Shown: positions 25,989 through 36,407, numbered from the whole stretch's first letter. The stretch: 56,234 nt of DNA, filler included, from Dugesia japonica (GCA_001938525.1; 5 parts of 5 records of this genome joined end to end with filler, not necessarily neighbours in it), one strand, 5' to 3'. Notes: generated by a model not told the origin, from the letters alone. Program-made: numbers and translations.

Positions 25989-28900
25989 NNNNNNNNNNNN
26001 NNNNNNNNNNNNNNNNNNNNNNNNNNNNNNNNNNNNNNATACTGATGATGAATCTTCATGGATAGAACCATGTTTTGATAACAAAACAGATGAAGATATA
26101 GAAGAAGATATAGAAACAGAAGGACTAAAGACGCAATAAAAATAGAGGAGCATATTGCTGACCAATATTATGTATAAAAGAGAGTATGGTGAATGAAACA
26201 GACTTTAAAATCCTAAATCATTTACTTTCTGCAGGAATAGTTTTGCGACGCGTGGTTAATATTTAACCATAAAAATGCTACATTTTAGTGATTTCATATT
26301 AAATGGAAATTGTATTGATCAATGCTTACAAAATCGAAGAAACAAATTTAGAAATGCGACAATCGATTCATTGAAAATTTAAATGATCATTCGTCGAATA
26401 GCGAAATCAATATAAAAATGTTGTATTCAGCAATAAGTAGTTAATGTTTCAATGAATTTCTGATGCTTGATAATGCGAAAGAAAGTACTGCAGAAAGTAT
26501 ACTTTTAGATCATTTAGAATTAGATCCATTAATTTGTGAAGGCGATGAAAAGAAAAGCATCCTTATTGGGTTCATTAAAATGAAATCGATTTATCAAAAA
26601 TGAGAAAATTAATAAAAAATCTAAAAGAATTGTTTTTTGGCGAAGCAGTGAATAATATCGACAAACATTCCAAAGAAAAAGATTTAATTGACACATTAGA
26701 AAATAAAAATATAATTGATGTTAGGAACGAACTGCTTGTAAATGATAAAAATAATTTCACTATAGAAAGAATTTCAAAATCGATAAACTTGAATATGGAA
26801 AGACATACGTAACGAAAATAAATCCAAAGTGATTCTAGAAAGAGAATCTTAAAGCAACAAAGAAAACCTGGAGAATTTCTGGATGAACTCAAATGAATAT
26901 TTATTACAAGAAATGGATGAAAGCGATTCAAACTAAAATTTTAATTCGAAAAACTTTGATTCAATAACGAAAGGAGAATTAAATTTAAATAAATTTGAAA
27001 TTTTTGGTAAACAAAAGTGACATATATTCGATAATGGAAAGTGTAAAAAGAGAATTGATTGATGTGAGAATCACAGAAAAATATTTTCCGATTGCTTAGA
27101 ATTATTGAGTTTTGAAGAACTAATAGAAGGAGAAGAATATGATATTGAAAATAACAGAATTTTGTGAAAAGTTTATCACCTGAAGGAAAAAAGGTCAAAA
27201 ACGATTTAATTATTCCAGAACTTGTATATATTAATTTAAAAATTAACAATAACATAATGAATTTGACTGAAATTATCGAAGTTGGAAGGCTAATTACATC
27301 CAAAAAATGAAAGCACATGAGAAGTTGAAATAAAGAACTAATAACAATGAAATTGAATGATGTATTGAATGAGGAGAAAGGAATACATCAAAATAATAAC
27401 CGATAATGAAAAATGGAGGAAAAGGAGGGGAGAAAATTAATATTAATAAAACTTCCAATGAAACTAAAAGATTTACTCATAATTAATATCATTGATAAAG
27501 ACACAGATGTTGTTCTTATTTTCGTATCAAAAACATTTATGCGATTAATTTTTAAGAATTAATTTAATGAATTAAATTCAATTCGATTTTGCTTTAAACT
27601 TGATTAATTTTTTTATAACAAACAATCACGATTTTAAAACAATCAAAATTATTTTGTTTTTATTAATTTAATTTGTTTAATAGAATTTAGTTTAAATTGA
27701 ATTGAATATGTTTATTTAAATTACATTCCTTGGTTCTAAATGTTTAGAAAATTTACATTAATGACTCAATTTATACCGTTAATCTCCGGTTTCCTCCACC
27801 TAATCGTTTGAATAATAATTTTACTGCGGTTAATGTAATACAATAATTCTGCCATTAAGGATCAAATAACATAATTTCATTTTGTTTGTCATCTTGAATT
27901 AAACAATGAGATTCATGGGCAAATTAATCCATATCCAAAAGAACTTTAACGAAAATAATTTAAATAGCGAAGTAGACTAAAAATGTAGCATCACTTGAAT
28001 TTATTAAAAAAAATTTACATTAAATGAGAAATTTGTCTGCGAAAATTAAGTTGGACTTCCAATCTGTTCCACTGGACCCAAAGCAAACAGGTGGTTACAG
28101 GACGCCCGCAACAAAGAGTCGCCGGAACCAAACCAAGAGCGTGTAAGGGACAAACGACACTAAAATGCTTGTGGTTTTCACAATTGTGCCACCACTATCA
28201 CAGAAATAACATTATTTAAACTCGTGAAAACCCAACAATTGTAAAGTTTTAGGGGACCAAAAGTAGGAATTACTAACAATGACAATAAAATATAAATAAA
28301 AACACTAGCATTACATACTGACATTATACTTTAAATTTTGACTTGCTATTAATAAAACTCAAATTTAAATAAAGTCAAAGTAAGGTAATGAATTTATTTG
28401 TTAAATGAAATTATTTAATTTATCATTAAGTAGTCACTTAAAGAAACCAATCAAATCCTGCAGTAATCATACAAGGATTTCAATCAAACTGATTTCAATT
28501 GTATAGATTGTATAAATATTGTATATAGGGAATAAATATTTTTATTATTTGCTAATAAATAGAATAATATTTTTCCAATTTCAAAATTATTAAATAATGA
28601 AAGACTTTTTTTTTACCTGCTAAAGATAAATTTTTAATATTAAAAATAATATTTTTTCTAGATCTATATCTATATCTATTTTAAGAATATCTATTTTTAT
28701 TTCTGTTAAAAGTTTGTAAATATATAACAAATATTAATAAAGTTTTCAATATTTAATACTTCTTGTGACAAAATTGAAGTTGAAAGTGAAGAAATAAAAT
28801 CTTTTTCTTCTAAAATATTTTTATTTAATTTTTTGATTTCCAAATCAGCTATTAGTAGATAGATAGTGGCAGTCACAGCCAGCACACATTCGGTAACCAC

Positions 28901-28989
28901 CCCCGTGACTAATGAAATTTAATCCTAATGCATTTAGTTGTGAATTTTAAAAAATGACATCATATTAGGTAATATTACGAAATGGTATT

Positions 28990-29204
28990 AAGTGGCCAAA
29001 TATTTTCATGTGTATTTAGTTGGGAAAATTTTTTGCACACAAATTATGTAATAAGATTAATTTCATCGGTGAAATTTTATGTAATAGGATAAAGTGGCTA
29101 TACATTTTCCTGTGGTTTTATTTGGGAAATTTTTTTAAGCTTATTAGGCAACAAAGTGGCTATGTATTTTCCTGTGATTTTATTTGGGAAAATTTTTCAG
29201 GCTT
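28990..29204 (+). repeat. Three imperfect copies of a roughly 50-bp unit (AAGTGGC..TTTTCCTGTG..TTTGGGAAAATTTTT), putative Maverick subterminal/TIR repeats
   Basis: Copies start at 28990, 29091 and 29153. Confidence 0.7.
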
Positions 29205-29972
29205 TTAAGCTGTATTATTTTTTAGACTTTTTAGCTGGGAAAGATTTTTATGAGAATTCTTTTTTATTAGAATCCGGGTAAACCATTCACGTGGTTTAAA
29301 TAAAATGAAAATTTAAAATTTTTTAAATGAAAGTTTTATGGGAATCTCGGTGAACAGTCTAAATTTTTGAAAAAAGATTTCCTATATCTCAGATTTCTAA
29401 GATTTTTAAACTAAACTGTTGAAAATTTTACGGTCATCATTTTTCATACATAAAAATTTTTCGAAAAAGTCTTTCTTCTCAAAATAGGTTATGAAAGTAT
29501 AATTTCGATAGAAAAGGTTTCGCTGATTTCAAAATATGTTAACTTAAAATCGTTAAAGTCAATACTCAATGAAATAAATTAGATTTTGTAGTGAAAAAAT
29601 CTCAGAAATCAGATTTTAGCACTCAGTGCTCTGTGCGCAGATGTCAGCTATCGATTCAAATTTTGTATTATTTTACACAGAAGGAAAAGTAACTATGCAA
29701 AGTTAAAATATCGTCTTGGTAAAAATGCTTCCTAACGAATATGTACAACCGCCCTCCCGGATTTGATAACATTGTTCGAAAATATCAAAATTAACTCACA
29801 ATTTATCGAAATTGATACTTTTCGACTGGAACCTATACGGCGAGTATAAATAACGCGGTTAAAAATCAACAAGCCTTATAGAAAAAACAAGTTAATTTAA
29901 CTATTATAATTCAAATTAATTTAAAATAATTTAATTTTTTAAATAATTTTAATAAGAATGGTTTAGAATCAA

Positions 29973-30030
29973 TTGTTTACACGTATCAATGTATTTAATT
30001 AATACGCACCTGTTCTAAAACCTATATAAA
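29973..30030 (+). promoter_or_regulatory. Putative element promoter: 18-mer TTGTTTACACGTATCAAT plus TATATAAA box
   Basis: 17/18 identical to the minus-strand motif at 31482-31499. TATA at 30023-30030, ATG at 30064. Confidence 0.45.
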
Positions 30031-30063
30031 CTGAATCTTTAATTCATAATTCATTATTTCAAA

Positions 30064-30523
30064 ATGAAGTTGATTAAAACTCTTAACAAGGAAAATTCTT
30101 CTACACTAGTAGAAATCAAGAAACTACTTCAAGCATGAGATGGTTTTCTTTAAGAGAACAATCAATTATACTTTTCAAGTAATATTTGATTTGCTAATNN
30201 NNNNNNNNNNNNNNNNNNNNNNNNNNNNNNNNNNNNNNNNNNNNNNNNTTAAGAGAACAATCAATTATACTTTTCAAGTAATATTTGATTTGCTAATAAC
30301 TTTATTAATACTTTTTATTTAGGATCATGTAAAATTGAAACCTTGTGTTTACGACTTATACATATCTGAAAACAGTAACAATGATCAAAAGATTCTTAAT
30401 GCACTATTCATAAGAATTAATGAACGTATGCAAATTAAATCTAAAGAAGATAATGTTCAAGAAAGTAAATCAAAGATTACAGTAGATTACAGTAATGTAA
30501 AGATTACAGTTACAAAAAAATAG
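30064..30523 (+). pseudogene. Unknown Maverick accessory ORF, probably with a 45-nt intron (30278-30322)
   Basis: MKLIKTLNKENSSTLVEIK.. (frameshift) MVFFKRTINYTFQ | DHVKLKPCVYDLYISENSNNDQKILNALFIRINERMQ. Removing a GT..CTAAT..AG segment joins the two ORFs in frame. Confidence 0.45.
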
Positions 30524-30889
30524 ATGAAAAACCAATACGGAAAGTTCAATCAACGCAAAAGAACAAATGAAAATTTATTGAATAAATATTAGTAAAATTA
30601 AACGACTTATCTTATAAATTTTTAATTTGTTATTTTTTTAAATCAAAACAAGTTTAAAACAGTAAAGTTAATTTAACTCAATACCCTATTACTCGATGTA
30701 CCATTGATTGTTTTGTAAAACATTTGGTAACTGAATTTATAATATTTAAAAAGATTATTAAGTCAACAAATATTACTTAAAGTATTTTGATCTCTTTCCA
30801 TTTTGCATTCATGTTGATGTCTTAATAAAATTGCTAATGCCTTTAATTTTATATTCATTTGAACTTGATTTATCTCAAGAAGCCAACAT

Positions 30890-31033
30890 GTTCCTGAAGA
30901 AGACTATTGTCGAAAATTTGAACCATTTTACAAATAAATTTTATTTTGATCGAAGCCTTTTCTTATTTTAATGAAATTTCAAATACGATCAATGGTTAAG
31001 TCCAACAATTATTCTCACAATAATTGTAATTAT
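30890..31033 (+). repeat. Dispersed repeat of about 140 bp headed by a hammerhead-like motif (30890-30923), probably PLE pLTR-derived; abuts the 3' end of the TBP-like gene
   Basis: GTTC-CTGAAGA-A-GAC-TATT-GTC-GAAA-ATTT-GAAC, then TTTTATTTTGATCGAAGC..GATCAATGGTTAAGTCCAACAATTATTCT. Other copies near 14630, 18889, 19985, 41665, 48376 and 48440. Confidence 0.75.
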
Positions 31034-31052
31034 AAGATAATAAAATGTTTTT

Positions 31053-31424
31053 ACAAACAATTTTTCCACTTAAAAATTAATTAACATATATGGGATCGTA
31101 TTTTAAAATTCTTAATCCTGGGAATATTTCTGGTTCATATACTCATTTGATTACTTTTGATAATTCATATAAATTAATCATAGTCCTCAAACCATGGACA
31201 ATAGTAAGTGATTGTAATTGAACATTCTGGATATTATACTTTAAATCCTTTGGTATTATTTGTTTCTTGTACCCCATTATTCTACACCTACCCAATTTAA
31301 AGAAACCAAGGATTTACCTGTCCGTATTTTCAACAATTTGAGCAGGTTTTTCACATGGAAATATCATTTTTCTGGTCACTTCCTTATCAACTTCTCGTCT
31401 GTAATTAATATTTGCAATTATTAT
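31053..31424 (-). pseudogene. Intronless TATA-box-binding protein (TBP)-like gene within the Maverick
   Basis: Single frame with three stops: IIIANINYRREVDKEVTRKMIFPCEKPAQIVENTDR*ILGFFKLGRCRIMGYKKQIIPKDLKYNIQNVQLQSLTIVHGLRTMINLYELSKVIK*VYEPEIFPGLRILKYDPIYVN*FLSGKIVC. Matches TBP repeat 2 (YEPELFPGL..IFVSGKVV) and, more weakly, repeat 1 (IFSSGKMVCTG). Confidence 0.82.
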
Positions 31425-31450
31425 TTATGAATAATTCTTTTTCAAAGAGG

Positions 31451-31499
31451 TATTTATACCTTTATAAACAATATTAATTCAATTGATACGTTTAAACAA
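31451..31499. promoter_or_regulatory. Putative bidirectional promoter between the TBP-like and ATPase genes
   Basis: About 85-bp intergenic region with minus-strand TTGTTTAAACGTATCAAT and TATAAATA (31458-31451), and plus-strand TATAAACAAT (31463-31472). Confidence 0.5.
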
Positions 31500-31505
31500 G
31501 CATAA

Positions 31506-32129
31506 ATTATAATAAAATTAAGAAATAATGCTGTATACTAAATTTTTGGGCCAAGTTGAAATGGAAAAATCCTGTTTGTGTGTAAATTATTGCAATAAAA
31601 CTTATTCAAACCGAAGTTCAATAAAATATATTGGCATAAAGCTGCAGATGAAAAGCCTAAAATGAATCAATCGGCATTTTGCGATATAAAAATGAAAATA
31701 ATTAATGGAGTTGAAGGCTATTGGAGCAAGAGATTGAAAACAGGTAATGTCATTGTTGTTGATGATCTTGTATCAAAAAGCTAATAAGGAAAAGGACTTT
31801 AATAATTTATTTACAAAAATATCAAGACATTGTGGTATTACTGTGATATTTATTACATAAAATCTATTTCATCAAGGTGGTGATCACAGAACACGTACTT
31901 TAAATGTTCAATATTTGGTATATTTAAAAATCCAAGAGATCAAACTGTTGTTGATTTTCTAGCAAGACAAGCATATCCAAATAATCGGCAATTTCTATTG
32001 GATTCATTTAAAGATGCAACAGTAATGCCTTATGGTTATATTTTTCTTGATTTTACACAGCAATATCCTGATCTTAGAGTTCGAACTAATATTTTCAATT
32101 CATATGGTGTTACAGTCGATAAACAATAA
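31506..32129 (+). pseudogene. Maverick DNA-packaging ATPase (A32/FtsK-like)
   Basis: Walker A IFGPS*NGK, Walker B VIVVDDL, then LFTKISRHCGITVIFIT*NLFHQG..RTLNVQYLV/FKNPRD..LARQAYP..DATVMPYGYIFLDF..LRVRTNIF. Several stops and two frameshifts. Confidence 0.93.
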
Positions 32130-32153
32130 GTAAGTTAATTATTTTCTTACAAA

Positions 32154-32480
32154 ATGTCTAAATTTTCTAAAGTTTTAGTAGATCTTCATACAATTAAACC
32201 GGTTAGCAATCACATGACTAATCAATATGAATAGAGGAATAATATTGTTCCAAGCGATATCAAGTCGATAAAGAATGCAATAAAGACGTTGATAAAGAGA
32301 ACAATAAAAAAGTCCATAAATAAGTCAATAAAACGACAATCAAGGAAGCAATCAAGGAAGCATTCAAAGAATTTGAACAAGGATCAAAAAATGAATGTGA
32401 AAAAGAAAAGGCCGAAGAAGCATCCATAGAAGAATGAAAAGATAAAGGTTCAATCAACTGGTAAATGGTTCAAGCTATAA
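32154..32480 (+). pseudogene. Small K/R-rich Maverick protein (putative core/DNA-binding)
   Basis: MSKFSKVLVDL..IKTLIKRTIKKSINKSIKRQSRKQSRKHSK..KKKRPKKHP*..GKWFKL*; one frame with two internal stops. Confidence 0.5.
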
Positions 32481-32512
32481 ACAATCTAACCATGTGTTAA
32501 TTAATAAATAAT

Positions 32513-32835
32513 ATGTCATTTCACCAAAGTTTTCCTTATTTATAATTATTGTTAAAAGCTCCACAAGAGTCTACAATGAAAATGTTACAGTCATATCCAA
32601 AATTTGTTATTGATGATTTATTAGAGATTGTTGAAAATATTTTTTGAGGAAATGTAATTCTCAAACAAGATAAAATAATTATTTTACAACATCATAAAAA
32701 GCCGTTGCTTTCAATTGTTAAAACTAAAAATAAGAAATTAATGAGAAAAATAATCTTTCCACAAAACGATGAATTTTCATTGCTACATTATTACCAATAG
32801 CATTAGCAGCATTAGGATTAACAAATTTATTATAA
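32513..32835 (+). pseudogene. Conserved small Maverick virion-type protein with a hydrophobic C-terminus
   Basis: LLKAPQ..IDDLLEIVENIF*GNVIL..HKKPLLSI..RKIIFPQNDEF / IATLLPIALAALG resembles the Maverick NxLxGNVxL..HK..QxGGF+hydrophobic-tail protein. Confidence 0.65.
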
Positions 32836-32896
32836 ACAATGGGTAATTTAGAGCCATTATCACGCTTTTATTTGAAATTTATCTCAAACTATTGTA

Positions 32897-33844
32897 ATGG
32901 AAACAATATGGACAGACCCAAAAATTCCAGCAGTGGGAAAGTTATGGAAAGCAACAAAAAGTTCAAAAAGCGAAACAAAACAGTCGTTATCGAACCAGTT
33001 AGCGTACAGTTTGAACAAGCCAATGTTGAAAAAATTCCCAACAAGACCGTATTAAACATATGTGATTGATGTATTTAGTATATTTGCAAGAGCTGTACTT
33101 ATAAAATCAAAATCATCTTAGGAAATGGAAACTGTAATCAAGATAATGTTTAACGACGGTCATCAGGATAACTTACAAACAGATTTGGTAAAAGAATTTT
33201 GTAATTCAAAATTTAAGAATATTATTAGTCATCTAAAGATTAACCATTATTCTGTATTTATGCAATACAAAGCGGCATTTGTTGAAAGATTTAATCTAAC
33301 ACTGAGAGATGCATTGAAAAAGTACTTTGTACATACTGGTAATAAGAAATAGATTCATGTATTACCCATCATAATTGACAGTTATAATCATACAAGTCAT
33401 AAAAGATTAAATGAAGCAAGACACGTTGATGTATCATCTGACAATTCAATGAAATTATGGCTATTGAAACCAAACCCAAAAGCAATTATGAAACCTAAAT
33501 ATAAAGTTGGTGATCATCTAAGAATCTCAAAGATATCAGCTTCACCATTCATCAAAAATTTCAATAATAATTCAAGTGATGAAGTATTTCAAATTTCAAA
33601 GATCAATACCAAGCAGAATCCTGTAATGTATGTGATTAAAGATCATGAAGAAAATATTATTGTTGGAAAGTTTTATGAACAAGAATTACAAGTCATAGAA
33701 CAACCATCAGTATTTAGAATTGAAAAGATTATAAAGTCAAAAGAAACCGGTAAATTTAAACAATTATATATAAAAGGTCATGGTTATGAAAAACCTACTT
33801 GGATATCTGCATCTCAATTAGTTAACAATGATCAACGCGAATGA
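32897..33844 (+). pseudogene. Maverick retroviral-like (RVE) integrase with C-terminal chromodomain
   Basis: AYSLNKPMLKKFPTRP..VIDVFS..LQTDLVKEF..KAAFVERFNLTL..YNHTSH..KYKVGDHLRISK..GKFYEQELQ..FRIEKII..IKGHGYEKPTWI. In-frame stops; the segment carrying the first catalytic Asp appears deleted. Confidence 0.93.
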
Positions 33845-35348
33845 TTTCTATACAATTTTACCTAGTAATAGCTGTCCACATATTCATCCAGATAATAAAG
33901 CCAGTAAATTTATAGTTGAACTTGTAATCCTATTTACTTAAATAGTAATTGGGAAGTAGCATTGATGGACTTTACTTTGCTATATAATACATTTCCAATT
34001 TATAGCGAAGCAACGGTTAAAATAGATACTGGAAAAACAGAACTTAGGGGTATTCTTGTTTTAACTTCAAACAAAAATAATAGATTGATTTGTAAAGATC
34101 AAGAAATTGGAATAGTTAATGGTAACGATATGATAGTTATAAGAAAATATCATGATTATGTTATTGAATTTGAAAATTTAGAAGTCGTACAAAGATTTGG
34201 ATTCAATATGTTTAAAAATAATATGAACAGTGGAGGTATTATTCCTTTTAAAGATTTAAAAAATAATAAAGACATTGAAAAGGTTTATTTTCAATTTACG
34301 TATAGTAGAGGAATAACTAGTTATCTGAAGTTTAAAAATGATTTAAACATTAAAAATTTACAAGAATTAGATGAATTCTTGAAATATTTTCTTTCGTGTT
34401 GACTCGCTTTTAAGAAGAACTTTAGAGATTCATGGATGTCTAAACACTGTGCTGAACGTTTATTATTGTTGTATAGCAACCATTTTTCATCACAAGTAAT
34501 CAGTCAATGAAGAAATGGCTTGTTTTTCATTTTGAAAATGAGTTCTGAGTAAATGTCATAGCGCTGAATTTTGTTTTTTATGTTAGCTCATGTAGCACCA
34601 ACGTTTCGAGCTTCTTTATCTTACCTATTTGCTTCATATGACGGAACTCATAAAAATAAATTAGACGTATATCACGACACGACATTCTACATTAAAAAAA
34701 GAAAATATATAGTCAAATTTAAATTTAAAAGCAAAACAAATTAATACTTTGAAGAGAGCAATAAATAAGCTTTTAAATGATATATAATATTCAATAATAT
34801 TTAAACAAGATATTTGAAATATTAATAATTCTAATATATATTAACAAAAAACATGCAAAACTTTCTGAACAACCTAAAACATTTTTAAAGATGTATTCAA
34901 AACTTATACATGAAAAAATGAATTATTTAATTTTTCATTGCAGTCACATGTTGAAAGTATCATCTTTGATAGAATCATGACAAAAACATTAGGATTAGAT
35001 AGACAAACATATACCCAAAGTAATCTAAATTTTCCTCACCGAGATAAAATATTCACAGGAGTCAGAAACCCGAAAATTATCTCCAATCCTCATCAAATGT
35101 TCATGTATAGTAATATTGTTTAACCTATAATTGTTGGTGATGCAAATGTTTCTCTTTTGAAATCCGTATGGTTTGAGAGTTATGTGGACGATCAACTCGT
35201 TCAAATAATAGTCAAGAACCCCATGTATTTAACTTCATGTATAAACAATAAAGAAATCAACATCACAGATGATAACGGCGATTTAATTAGAATTAATCAA
35301 GACAAAAAATCTCATTTAACATTACATTTTAGAAAAATAAATGTCTAA
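33828..35348 (+). pseudogene. Maverick minor capsid (penton) protein, interrupted by an insertion at about 34390-34940
   Basis: N-terminus FYTILPSNSCPHIHPDNKASKF..NWEVALMDF; C-terminus MFMYSNIV*PIIVGDANVSLLK..NPMY..INITDDNG..LTLHFRK. Confidence 0.88.
34386..34650 (-). mobile_element. mariner transposase fragment nested in the Maverick minor capsid gene
   Basis: HMKQIGKIKKLETLVLHELT (WVPHEL-like) and PFLH*LITCDEKWLLYNNNKRSAQ. Confidence 0.85.
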
Positions 35349-35497
35349 TTTTGATATAAAAGCTTTAAGGAGTACTAGTCAAACTAGTGGAGAATAACCA
35401 TACTTTGAAGGAAAACAGTATGAGCCAGGATGGTTACAAACAATTGGTCCATTTGATGTACCTATTCTTAAACATATTGGTGCAATTGGAATGAAAA
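35341..35497 (+). pseudogene. Start of the conserved Maverick ORF that follows the minor capsid gene
   Basis: MSNFDIKALRSTSQTSGE*PYFEGKQYEPGWLQTIG..PILKHIG resembles the QxGGxxPxFxG..QxGxG..PxLK protein; overlaps the minor capsid stop codon. Confidence 0.55.
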
Positions 35498-35597
35498 NNN
35501 NNNNNNNNNNNNNNNNNNNNNNNNNNNNNNNNNNNNNNNNNTTAATTAATTAANNNNNNNNNNNNNNNNNNNNNNNNNNNNNNNNNNNNNNNNNNNN
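35498..35597. other. Artificial contig-joining spacer
   Basis: 44 N + TTAATTAATTAA + 44 N. Confidence 0.95.
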
Positions 35598-36357
35598 TTC
35601 TCGTAATTTTTGTGGAATTATGAATGCTTTTGTTCTTTTTATTTAAAATTATGCTTTTTATATAAAATAATTATTAAATAAATTGTTTATTTTCTTTTAC
35701 TTTTTGTTTAAATAAAATTTGTATATAAAGCACATAAGAACCATGAATTCATATTATACTTTATTCACCTTATTTTAGCTGATATTTAAAATTTAGGATC
35801 CTTCTTTTTATATGGATACACTATCTTTATTACGTGAGTTGCCGCGGAACGTATCTATCGCGTAAAAACAGAATTAAATGTACAATATTATGCAAACAGT
35901 TAACTTAAATGATTTTTTTATTTATACCAAGAATATTGAATACAGAGGACACAAATCATGTTTATTAATAAATTAGAAATTATATATTCATTATATGGAA
36001 ACAATTTATAATTTCTACCAATAGAAAGCAATTAAAATCATTATTAATATTAATTTATTTCTATTTACATATATTTATTTAAATCAGTCATCTGTGTTAA
36101 TAATGAAATAAAATATGTCTACTATTAATAGTTTTTGAAGATTTACCTAAAATCCATGATTCCAATAAATTGTTAAATTAATTAATCATTAAAATTTGTG
36201 TTACATTGTTTTATTTTATAATCCTTAAGTATTCTTGGACGGAAAAACCTTCAACAAATATAATACTGTTATTAATGACTTCAAAGATTTCGTTAGATCG
36301 AAAACTCTTGATTTCTTTTCAATTAAGTCAAATAAACTTGTAACTTCTTGGCAAAAA

Positions 36358-36407
<50 letters not shown>
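36358..36407. repeat. (TAT)n microsatellite
   Basis: Visible tandem array running into a gap. Confidence 0.95.

Larger units (their letters stand above)
28854..35497 (+). mobile_element. Maverick/Polinton endogenous virus-like DNA transposon, decayed and truncated at the contig end
   Basis: Tightly packed co-oriented genes for packaging ATPase, integrase with chromodomain and minor capsid. The left end is inferred from AGTAGATAGATAG at 28854 followed by subterminal repeats. pPolB, protease and major capsid genes were not seen in this contig. Confidence 0.92.

Noticed and set aside
28990-29204. CRISPR-like repeat-spacer array
   Set aside because: Repeats are long, imperfect and irregularly spaced; the context is eukaryotic and there are no cas genes.
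30149-30298. Tandem duplication of about 50 bp
   Set aside because: Identical sequence on both sides of an N gap indicates an unmerged overlap.
35797-36360. Possible 5' MATE or 3' LARS2 exons (35797-35833 and from about 36230)
   Set aside because: Splice-like boundaries are present but I see no convincing similarity to either protein; left unassigned.
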